From the IMG/VR virus record IMGVR_UViG_3300009514_001431: a DNA stretch of 64,000 nt. The stretch is one strand, 5' to 3'. The notes under the pieces were generated by a model that saw only the letters and a list, made by a program, of their open reading frames with translations, was not told the origin of the DNA and did not search any database. Source of the stretch: an uncultured virus (IMG/VR IMGVR_UViG_3300009514_001431) (taxonomy: Duplodnaviria; Heunggongvirae; Uroviricota; Caudoviricetes). Below, piece by piece: positions 56,350 through 64,000 of this stretch (the stretch's first letter is position 1; each line of letters starts with the position of its first letter). Made by a program: the position numbers and the translations under genes.

Positions 56350-59300
56350 CAGTCCAATTCCTCGTTGGTTTTGAACCATTCGGCTTGGAACTCGTCCTCG
56401 TCGTCCTCGTCGTAGGTCCACTCGTCGGCCAAAGGCCCGCAAGACACCCGCTCAAACTCTTTGTCGCCTTGCAGGAACGCGAGCACGTACTCCGGGTCGC
56501 GGTAAATGTCAGGCGGGTCTTCGACAGAGGCAGTCGCTCCGACATTCGTGATGCACGCCTCGCCAACGAAACGACTCGGAAGGATCGGCTTCGGTGGCTT
56601 GGTTTCGCTCACCTGTGGCCCACGCGCCGGACGAATGATCGTGACCGAATCCTCGCCACGGGTGATGGCGACATAGGCCAGGCGGCGCTCGGCCTCCATC
56701 TCCTTGCCACCCGTCCGCGAACCATCGTCCTCGGTCATAATGTGCGGGAATCGTCCTTCCCACATGGGAACGAACACATGCTTGGCCTCCAGGCCCTTCC
56801 ACCCGTGGACCGTATCGACGCGCACGGCCGGAGGCGGAGGCTTTTTGCCCTTCATCACATCTCCGGTGCTGCGCTCGTCGTCACCCACAGCCAATTCCTC
56901 GGCCCGCCCTTGCATGACATTGATATAGGAGACTGCCGATGAAAGCTCGTTGTGGTGCTCCGCCATCGCTTCCAAGATGGCGATCTCGCCGCGAGCGTAC
57001 TGCTCAATGGACTCGTCGTCGGTGTTCTCGTACTCGTTGAGCACCTCTTCCATTTGCTCCTTGGACGCCTTCACGCGCTCCATGAGCCTTTCGATCATCG
57101 AGCCCTGCGGAGTCTCCAGCTTCATGGCGAAATCGATCAACGCCATGGTCGTGAGCTTTTCCTTCTTGGCTTGCTTCTGAACCGCCGTCAGGAAATCCGT
57201 GTAGGGCTTCACGAAATCGTCGTTGCGGTGGGCCGCACGACCACCATAGATGTTGTCCCAACCGCCACCTTGAAGGTACTTGAGCCAGTTGCCTGTTCCG
57301 GCTCGTTCCTCCAGGCGCTCAGGGAACGTCGCCCCCAACTGGAAATTCAACGCCTTGTGGGCCGTAGCCACGACCTCGTTGATCGTTTCGGTGTCCCCCT
57401 CTTTCGCGTTGGCGAGCCGCATCAGGCCAATCAGGGTGACGACGGCAGGCCCCTTGAAAAAGTTGTGCTTGGATCGGAACGGGATACCCCGCTCCACCAT
57501 CGACACGCCGTACTCCATCGCCTCTTTGCGAGTGCGGACCAGGAGCCCGTAGTCGTCGTAGGAACCCTCGGCAGCGTCCCCCTGGCAATCGTCAGCGATC
57601 ACGTCCGCCACGTACACGGAGAGGCTCTCAGGAGAAGGCAGTACCCGCTCCACGATCCGACCCTCGCCCTTGCGCTCGACGTTGGCAAGGCACTCCATGG
57701 GGATCTGCTTGCCCGCTTCCTCGTGGACCCGCATGAGATTGTTCGCAGCCTGCACGATGGCCGACCCCGAGCGGTAGTTCATCGTGAGCAGCTTGGTCTT
57801 GAAACAGTCGCGGGTCTTGCCCACGAATTCTTCGACCTCCGCTCCGCGAAAGCCATAGATGCTCTGCTTGTCATCACCGATGAACGAGAAGGTGTCCGCC
57901 GTCATTTCGCAGTCCTCGCGTGGCTCGACGGTACGAGGATCGATCTGACCAGCAACCAAGCCAAACAGGACGTGCTGCGACGGATTGAGGTCTTGAGCCT
58001 CGTCAACGAGGACCACCTTGTACCGCTCGTTGACGCGAGCGAGCACGGACGGTTCCTCGATCAACATGCGCGAGGCTTGGATCAGAACGTCGTCAAAATC
58101 CTCGTCCCCATCCTGGTGAAGCAGGAATTCGTAGGCGGCGTAGACGGCAGCCTCGACGCCGGGGGTCGCCATCTCGTGCTCGATACGGCTCATTTCCTCG
58201 TCAGGGTCCACCATCTCCGCACCGCCCATGCCCTGTTGCCGGGGCTTAGCCTTGGCAGTGTCCTCGGCGTATGCCTTACCCGGAGCTTTCAGGCGGCCCT
58301 TACTGCCCGTGATGTAAAGAGCAAACTCGCCCATGCTCCTTGGCTTGAGTCCCGCGTAGGGATTGTCTGGAGTCGGCTCAGCGTCGCTAAAGGGCTCCGG
58401 CTCCATGAAAGCCGTGGCAGGCAGCCCGAGGTTGAACCACTGATTCGCAGGGCGCTTCGCATACGCCGGGAACTTTTCCTCCAACGCATTCAAGATGCTG
58501 GCGCTGAACAGCTTGTCCGAGCCGGCGGGGAAGCCTGCCGCCTTACGCACCGCCGCCGGGGGAGTGCCCGGCATCTTCCATGGGGAGCCCTTGCCGCCCC
58601 AATACTTGATCACACCCTTTTTCTCTACGGAATCGAGGTCTTTCCAGGTCGTGTACTCACCTGTGTCGAATTTCTGGAACAGGTTTTTGATCAGGGCGAT
58701 ACTGTCCTCGGCCTTGGTCACCTGTGCGGAGAGGCGGGCGCCCTTCGCCCACGACAAGAACGAATTGGCATTGCGCAAGGCTTCCACCAGCTTGTCCACG
58801 ACCTTGTGCGCGGGGGATTCGATCGGAACCGGGAGCTTCGCGTAGGTCGTGTAGACGTGGTAGAGGATACGTTGCTCGGTCGGGGAGAGGTCCGAAAGAC
58901 CCGCTACCTCGTCCTTCTGAACACGGGTCCGCAGGGCGGAGAGCCACCCCTTCGCCCACCTGGCGCGCGCTTCGGCGATTCGGTTCTCACGAGCCGCCCA
59001 CCGAATGTAGCCCTCGATCTTGCTGGAGGCGTTGTCAAGCTCAGCCAGGATCTCGTCCTTTGCAGGCCCGGAGGCAGTCCCTCCTTCCTCCCAATGCACC
59101 CTGTCAGGGCGATTGGGAAAAAACGACTCGTCGGGGTCATGGCCCGCAACGTCCGAGGACGGGTTCTGCATCACCTGGAGGATGGCGCACCGCATGAGCC
59201 ACGACTGCTCGGCATCCTTGATCAGCCGACCCTGGCGCTCCCACTTTCGACCGCCCAATCGCCGCAACTTGCCCGCAACAGAGTGCGTGGACCCAAACCC

Positions 59301-60437
59301 GTTCGCCGCTTCTTTGTCGGATTTCAGGCGACCATCGTCGCTCCGCATGATCCGCTCGACCAATTCGTTGGACGACGCGCGGGTGAAGGACACGCCCATG
59401 ATCCGGTGCGCCGGGTAAGGCGGGTCGGATTCGGTCATGTGGTACACGACCTTGCCCGAAAGCACGCGGGTCTTGCCTGAGCCCGCACCAGCAGCGATTA
59501 CGTTCTGCCCGCGAACGAGCATGGCCTGCTCTTGCTCCTCGGACATCCCGAGTTTCTGGCCGATCTTGGTCGTTTGGGCGTACTCACCGGGCAGGGCCTC
59601 GGCGACGGCGGCGGCCCGCACAGCAGACGGGTCCGAGGATGCCTCGGCAACCGCCTCGATCTGAGTCAGTACCTCGGCCTTGCGGGCCGCGAGGTCCGGT
59701 GTTTCGGCAGCCGTAGGGTCGGCGGCGGCCAAGGCCGCATCAACCTGCTTCAATTCCTTACCAAGACTGGCGGCAACCTGAGCGTCGGCAATCTGAGATT
59801 CGATCTGCGTGATCGGGACGCCGACAATCTCAGCAGCCTTTTGGACCCACTTGCGGGAGATCTGGAGGCCCGACACCGGGACGTTCTGGGCAAGCTCGTG
59901 CAGGGCTGCGGCGGGACTGTCCGCCTCCAACGCCTTCGCCGTGCGCATGACGGATGTAGAGGCTCTACCCGCGAACACCTGACGGATCAGCGGGGTGCGA
60001 GCCGCCTTGGCCTTGGGCAAGAAGGTGCGGAGGAACTGAGCTTTGAGGTGGACCGAACCTACCGGGCTGGTTGGGCGCATCGCCTGATCGAACCGGGGGC
60101 CAAGCGAAAGCTCGCTCGCCATCGTAGAGAAATGGTTTTGGAACCCTTCCTCAATCTGATCGGCGAACTTGACGAGCAAGGGCTCAACCTTGGTGATGTG
60201 GTTGAGTGCGGCGATTTCTCGATCCCCATCCGTAGGGGGAGCATCATCAGCAGCTTCGGCCGAGGCCCATTGGCGCAAGGCGTCAATCCCTGCGATAAGC
60301 GTCAGCAAGTCAGCCAGACGGTTCGTCGTGACAGACCGCTTGCGCGTTTTCTTGGGCTCGTCATCCTCGCGTGCGACTTTTTCAGCCGAGGGCTCGATGC
60401 CTCCATGAAAGGTCCAAACCTGTTCTAGATCAGCCAT
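56349..60437 (-). CDS. UvrD/PcrA/Rep-family SF1 helicase with N-terminal extension and large insertion
   Basis: AGAGSGKT, SFT, STHS, LVDEAQD, GDDKQSIYGFRGA, NYRS, TVHGWKGLE, ERRLAYVAITR. Confidence 0.95.
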   Translation of the reverse strand: MADLEQVWTFHGGIEPSAEKVAREDDEPKKTRKRSVTTNRLADLLTLIAGIDALRQWASAEAADDAPPTDGDREIAALNHITKVEPLLVKFADQIEEGFQNHFSTMASELSLGPRFDQAMRPTSPVGSVHLKAQFLRTFLPKAKAARTPLIRQVFAGRASTSVMRTAKALEADSPAAALHELAQNVPVSGLQISRKWVQKAAEIVGVPITQIESQIADAQVAASLGKELKQVDAALAAADPTAAETPDLAARKAEVLTQIEAVAEASSDPSAVRAAAVAEALPGEYAQTTKIGQKLGMSEEQEQAMLVRGQNVIAAGAGSGKTRVLSGKVVYHMTESDPPYPAHRIMGVSFTRASSNELVERIMRSDDGRLKSDKEAANGFGSTHSVAGKLRRLGGRKWERQGRLIKDAEQSWLMRCAILQVMQNPSSDVAGHDPDESFFPNRPDRVHWEEGGTASGPAKDEILAELDNASSKIEGYIRWAARENRIAEARARWAKGWLSALRTRVQKDEVAGLSDLSPTEQRILYHVYTTYAKLPVPIESPAHKVVDKLVEALRNANSFLSWAKGARLSAQVTKAEDSIALIKNLFQKFDTGEYTTWKDLDSVEKKGVIKYWGGKGSPWKMPGTPPAAVRKAAGFPAGSDKLFSASILNALEEKFPAYAKRPANQWFNLGLPATAFMEPEPFSDAEPTPDNPYAGLKPRSMGEFALYITGSKGRLKAPGKAYAEDTAKAKPRQQGMGGAEMVDPDEEMSRIEHEMATPGVEAAVYAAYEFLLHQDGDEDFDDVLIQASRMLIEEPSVLARVNERYKVVLVDEAQDLNPSQHVLFGLVAGQIDPRTVEPREDCEMTADTFSFIGDDKQSIYGFRGAEVEEFVGKTRDCFKTKLLTMNYRSGSAIVQAANNLMRVHEEAGKQIPMECLANVERKGEGRIVERVLPSPESLSVYVADVIADDCQGDAAEGSYDDYGLLVRTRKEAMEYGVSMVERGIPFRSKHNFFKGPAVVTLIGLMRLANAKEGDTETINEVVATAHKALNFQLGATFPERLEERAGTGNWLKYLQGGGWDNIYGGRAAHRNDDFVKPYTDFLTAVQKQAKKEKLTTMALIDFAMKLETPQGSMIERLMERVKASKEQMEEVLNEYENTDDESIEQYARGEIAILEAMAEHHNELSSAVSYINVMQGRAEELAVGDDERSTGDVMKGKKPPPPAVRVDTVHGWKGLEAKHVFVPMWEGRFPHIMTEDDGSRTGGKEMEAERRLAYVAITRGEDSVTIIRPARGPQVSETKPPKPILPSRFVGEACITNVGATASVEDPPDIYRDPEYVLAFLQGDKEFERVSCGPLADEWTYDEDDEDEFQAEWFKTNEELD

Positions 60438-60449
60438 CGGAGATCCTAT

Positions 60450-61325
60450 TCATCTCGCACCGGACGCGAGACGCGTTCGGTTTTCGTAGACAGTGAGCCA
60501 CTGGTTGAACGGGGGAAACTCCGGCTCGGTTGCGATACGGACCTGCCCATAGGTGTCTTCGTACCAATCAAGATGCCCGTCGATGTTGAATTCATCGACC
60601 CCCTCGGGCGCTCTCCCCAACACGCGAAACACGATGGCATAGATAACCTCGCCGATCGGCAACGTGGCAAGAGCCATGTACTCCTTGTGCCCGGTTACAG
60701 CGACCAGGATCGAAGGGAGCAGGAAATGCTCAAAGATCTCAAACAGGGCAAACCCGACTCCGAGCTTCCACCCGTGCTTCTTGACGGCTCGGATAATCGC
60801 GTCCAGCGTGTGCTTCGGGCTGACAGCCTTCCACGCTTTGCGAGCAGCCGTTTCGATCATGCGCGGGGCCATGTGGACCCGGAATTCACGAACGGCATCC
60901 TCGACTACCTCGCGCTTCACACGAGGCGGGAGGTTGCGCCCATCGAACGAATCGTGGTTTGCGTAACCCCACTCGTACCCCTCCAAGTAGTCCTCGGTCA
61001 CGTCGTCCGAGGGGCGCGGCGGGTTGGCGAGGATCTGCTTGTCCGCGTGCCACTTGCCAAGAACCGCTCCGTCCTTGAACTCGTCTACGTCAGCATCGAC
61101 CTCGTTCTCGGCGACCACTTTGAGCAGCTTCGGCGCGATTTTACGGATCGCTTCCTCAACTAGATCCTCGACTGGCCCGTAAACGAATTTGCGGTGATGC
61201 CGAACGATCTCGCCAAGAGGTTGAACGATCCAATCCAGCCAATCCTTGAGGCTGGCCTCCCGGCGCATATCGCGGTGTTTATCGCGGTACCTAACCACGA
61301 CGTTTTGGATCGACGCTCGGCGCAT
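60450..61325 (-). CDS. hypothetical protein with tag-like N-terminus and hydrophobic segment
   Basis: starts MRRASIQNVVVRYR; FEIFEHFLLP..LPIGEVIY hydrophobic hairpin. Confidence 0.75.
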   Translation of the reverse strand: MRRASIQNVVVRYRDKHRDMRREASLKDWLDWIVQPLGEIVRHHRKFVYGPVEDLVEEAIRKIAPKLLKVVAENEVDADVDEFKDGAVLGKWHADKQILANPPRPSDDVTEDYLEGYEWGYANHDSFDGRNLPPRVKREVVEDAVREFRVHMAPRMIETAARKAWKAVSPKHTLDAIIRAVKKHGWKLGVGFALFEIFEHFLLPSILVAVTGHKEYMALATLPIGEVIYAIVFRVLGRAPEGVDEFNIDGHLDWYEDTYGQVRIATEPEFPPFNQWLTVYENRTRLASGAR

Positions 61326-61353
61326 GGCTCACTACTCCCAAGCTATAGGGGCG

Positions 61354-61905
61354 TCACCGAGGGGCTTTTTTCTTCGCTTTTGCGACCGTAGCCGCATCCT
61401 TGGCCTTGAATCGGGCTTCGGCTTTACGCAGGTCTTGGAGCGCCCGGCGTTGAATCGAATCGAGGTTCTGGTTGCCGATGCGCGTCGTCAGGCCCACGCT
61501 GCCGGTCTTGATCGCCTTGACCAGCTTCGGGTCCATCTGACGGATCAGGATGTCCCATGCCATGTCAAGCTCGACGCCCTTGCACACCTGCATGGGGCGT
61601 CCACCAATCTGTGTGGGCAGGCTTTCCGCGACCAGGAAATGCCCGCTATGTGTCCAAAGCTCCAGATGGAGCCACTCAAGGGGCATCGGAGCTTCGGGAC
61701 GGTCGAATACCATCTTCCACGAAACCTCTAGGCGGGCGTCACCGAAACGGATCCGAGGCTGATTGACGAAGCCCCAATCCCGAATGACGAGCTTGAATTC
61801 CCCGGCCTCGGCCAGCCTTTGCAAGACCTCTTGCTCGTCCTCGCTGAGCGGGGTGTAGAGCCCGTTGGGGTTCTTACCCCCGAAGATGTTGCGTTCCTGG
61901 CTCAT
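61354..61905 (-). CDS. hypothetical protein
   Basis: 183 aa, ATGA overlap. Confidence 0.75.
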   Translation of the reverse strand: MSQERNIFGGKNPNGLYTPLSEDEQEVLQRLAEAGEFKLVIRDWGFVNQPRIRFGDARLEVSWKMVFDRPEAPMPLEWLHLELWTHSGHFLVAESLPTQIGGRPMQVCKGVELDMAWDILIRQMDPKLVKAIKTGSVGLTTRIGNQNLDSIQRRALQDLRKAEARFKAKDAATVAKAKKKAPR

Positions 61906-62339
61906 GGCTTGTCCTCAATCTGAACGTACACGGCACGCAGACGGCCCTGCCGCTGCCCCTCGTAGTATCTTACCGTCTGCCCTGCAATCGGTAGGCGGCC
62001 CTTCTCGACCTCGCTGCGGTGCAGAAAAACGTGCGGGCCTCCGTCACCGGGGACGATAAAGCCCCACCCTCGTTCGACATCGAACGAGTCAACGACCCCC
62101 CGGCACAGCTTGGGTTCGACCTGGCGTTGGACCTTGGATGCCCGAGCCACCTTGCCATCGCTGGCAGTGGTTGGATCGTATTCGACATCGACGGGCTCCC
62201 CCACGATCGGAGGCGGCTCAATCCACGCCCCGTGTTCAAACACAGCAACGTGAAAGTAGACCTGCTCGCCATCCTTTTCGGTGAATCCATAGAGCTTGTC
62301 GGGCAGGTACTTGTCCACCTGCATCCGAACCTTGGGCAC
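61902..62339 (-). CDS. tandem cold-shock (CSD/OB) domain protein
   Basis: two RNP1/RNP2 pairs: LYGF..VYFH and GWGFI..VFLH. Confidence 0.88.
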   Translation of the reverse strand: MPKVRMQVDKYLPDKLYGFTEKDGEQVYFHVAVFEHGAWIEPPPIVGEPVDVEYDPTTASDGKVARASKVQRQVEPKLCRGVVDSFDVERGWGFIVPGDGGPHVFLHRSEVEKGRLPIAGQTVRYYEGQRQGRLRAVYVQIEDKP

Positions 62340-62575
62340 TACGACACCGATTCAAGCGCCTCGATAATCTCGTCCTTGGTAGACCGTGTGTTCACGTCCA
62401 GGTCGAGCGCCTTGGCGATCTTGTAGAGGTCCGCCTTGGTCATGTCCTCGTCCCACTCGGTATCGACCTCGGCGGGAGGCGGAGTGGGAGTAGGCTTGGC
62501 GGCAGCAGGAGCGGCGTCCTTCTTGGGCGGGAGCTTACGGCGCTTGCGCCGATACATTGGAGGCATGTGTGGCAT
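62339..62575 (-). CDS. small protein with Rho-N/HeH-like C-terminal domain
   Basis: MTKADLYKIAKALDL....STKDEIIEAL; basic N-terminus. Confidence 0.7.
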   Translation of the reverse strand: MPHMPPMYRRKRRKLPPKKDAAPAAAKPTPTPPPAEVDTEWDEDMTKADLYKIAKALDLDVNTRSTKDEIIEALESVS

Positions 62576-62586
62576 GGCTGGTCCTT

Positions 62587-62982
62587 TCAGATCAGGGCTT
62601 TCAAGAAGCCCTTGGCAACGGTGCCAAGCGTTTGCCCAACACCCAACAGGAAATTCCGAGCCGCCTTCTTACGGTCAGCTTCGGCGTTCTGGAGGGCTGC
62701 CAACAGATCGCTGGCAGTCTCCAGGTCGTCGGTCAAATCGGAGATCTTGGTTCCCCGCTTACCGTCGAGCAAATCCTCGATGCCCTTCTGAGCCATGCGC
62801 AGGCCCTCGGGTCCGTACTTGCCGATGGAGTCACCGACGAGATTCAGCATGGCCTTTTTCCACGGGGCGTCAGCCTTGTCGGCCTCGTTTCCGAGAACGT
62901 CAGCCAGCTTCTCGATCCCATCTTCTCCAAGGTCACCGGCTTGCGGCAGTAGCTTCTTTGCGAAATCAGCAGCGGACATCAC
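62587..62982 (-). CDS. helical hypothetical protein
   Basis: 131 aa, amphipathic C-terminus. Confidence 0.7.
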   Translation of the reverse strand: MMSAADFAKKLLPQAGDLGEDGIEKLADVLGNEADKADAPWKKAMLNLVGDSIGKYGPEGLRMAQKGIEDLLDGKRGTKISDLTDDLETASDLLAALQNAEADRKKAARNFLLGVGQTLGTVAKGFLKALI

Positions 62983-63356
62983 TCACCTCCAGGGCACAGC
63001 GTTGTGGTTTCGGGAATCTCGGGAGGGTCAGCCGGAGGGCGTTCCTCGGTGAAGCTCCCGTTGTACTCCTGCAAAGCCATGTGGTACGGCCCGCGTACCT
63101 CAACGACCAGGATGTGCTTGGCCGCCTTGTCGCAGGCTTCGGCATGATCGCCAGCCCATTCGCCGTCCGTGCAGGAACAGCTTTCGGCCATGAAATACTT
63201 GAGATGCTGAACGGACTGCTTGTTCACCATGTCGGTGTAGTCAAGCTCGTTCAGGTACGTGTTGGAGTTGCGAACAACAGCCAACGGCCCTTGGCGCTTG
63301 CAGCCAGGGGCAGCGAGCACGAGTAGCGCGATACAGGTCAAAAGGGTTCGCTTCAT
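62979..63356 (-). CDS. lipoprotein
   Basis: MKR, hydrophobic stretch, lipobox-like APGC; further Cys residues and a Pro-rich tail. Confidence 0.7.
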   Translation of the reverse strand: MKRTLLTCIALLVLAAPGCKRQGPLAVVRNSNTYLNELDYTDMVNKQSVQHLKYFMAESCSCTDGEWAGDHAEACDKAAKHILVVEVRGPYHMALQEYNGSFTEERPPADPPEIPETTTLCPGGE

Positions 63357-63709
63357 TTTTCGTCTCCGTTTTCTTCCTCGTTGTCACCTTGGTTGCGGGC
63401 AACCTTGACCGCATGGACGTACTTGTCGAGCGCGGCTTGGCCGAGGATGTACCCCGTTGCCAAGAACCCGGCCGTCACCGCCAAGGTGATGAAAGCCGCA
63501 TTCGATCCGAGCTTATCCACGTCCTGTAGCTTGAGCATCAAACCCATCAGCGTGAACAGGCCAAGCTCCGTGATCAGGAACGCGATGAATTTCTTGCTCT
63601 TGAGCGCGGGCTTGTCCGCGTCCGGGGTCTCGCTTCCGAAGATCCCGCTCATGTTCAGCTTCCCTACGAGCTTGGGATCCGTAACCTCTACGCTGCTTGG
63701 CATCGTCAT
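63353..63709 (-). CDS. two-TM holin-like membrane protein
   Basis: KSKKFIAFL.. TM1, TM2 ending GYILGQA..D, acidic tail. Confidence 0.6.
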   Translation of the reverse strand: MTMPSSVEVTDPKLVGKLNMSGIFGSETPDADKPALKSKKFIAFLITELGLFTLMGLMLKLQDVDKLGSNAAFITLAVTAGFLATGYILGQAALDKYVHAVKVARNQGDNEEENGDEK

Positions 63710-63990
63710 TTCCCCTTCACCGGAAAGGTGTTTTTCTGCACTTGTCGCCGATACCCGCCGCCGCCACGAGGGCCAGCCGTGCGCACCGGGATCCGATTCA
63801 TGCGACGCTGTTCCGCGTCCTCAACATCCGAACTGTCTCGGATCAGCCGAGTCAGCCAAGGGTTTTCATCGACAATTGCCTGGAGACGCCGACGTTCCCC
63901 GTCCGTCAAGGCGGGCCACATCTTGCACCAATCCGTTCGCGCGACGATCGAGGACCGTAGTGCGTGGACAATGAATTCGTCCCCCAACAC
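63706..63990 (-). CDS. hypothetical protein, probably truncated by the window edge
   Basis: the frame appears open to the end of the window; GTGA/ATGA-type overlap with the next gene. Confidence 0.55.
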   Translation of the reverse strand: MLGDEFIVHALRSSIVARTDWCKMWPALTDGERRRLQAIVDENPWLTRLIRDSSDVEDAEQRRMNRIPVRTAGPRGGGGYRRQVQKNTFPVKGK

Positions 63991-64000
63991 GACCGGGTTG

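Noticed and set aside
58150..59180. Helicase insertion as an intein
   Set aside because: No C/S-start block, His-Asn end or LAGLIDADG motifs seen
56952..59480. Long + strand ORFs (842 aa here; also 31933..33435, 53270..54946 and many others)
   Set aside because: Antisense shadows of clearly recognisable minus-strand genes, expected from GC-rich codon bias
1..64000. Stop-codon reassignment
   Set aside because: Long genes are intact under the standard code, and TAG, TGA and TAA all end genes at tight junctions

Overview
This window looks like part of a large, GC-rich dsDNA phage (probably a jumbo phage; the host cannot be determined here), coded almost entirely on the minus strand. Layout: (1) 1-13 kb, small tightly overlapping accessory genes, including a LemA-like plus TPM-like membrane pair, DUF4259-like and SWIM-finger proteins and a Tat-signal protein. 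(2) 13-23 kb, conflict-type enzymes: about five ADP-ribosyltransferase-like domains, a 2H phosphoesterase and a GNAT. (3) 23-35 kb, ATP-dependent DNA ligase, Cys-based phosphatase, amidase endolysin, dTMP kinase, an SLT-like protein and a Dam-like methyltransferase fused to about six HTH-like repeats. (4) 36-55 kb, Gly-rich fibre and LamG virion proteins. (5) 55-64 kb, an enlarged UvrD helicase, a tandem cold-shock protein and a holin/lipoprotein-like block. Two hidden patterns stand out. First, a short peptide, approximately [SA]-x-[RK]-V-A-x-R-[YHW]-L, recurs at termini or domain junctions of about ten unrelated proteins; it is a candidate capsid-loading or processing tag for an injected effector kit. 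Second, a bipartite DNA motif, GTTTC-N15-G[GT]CGT[AT][AC], occurs with identical spacing upstream of eight genes; it is a candidate phage promoter. All assignments come from reading motifs by eye; no searches were run. No tRNA, rRNA or CRISPR array was seen.
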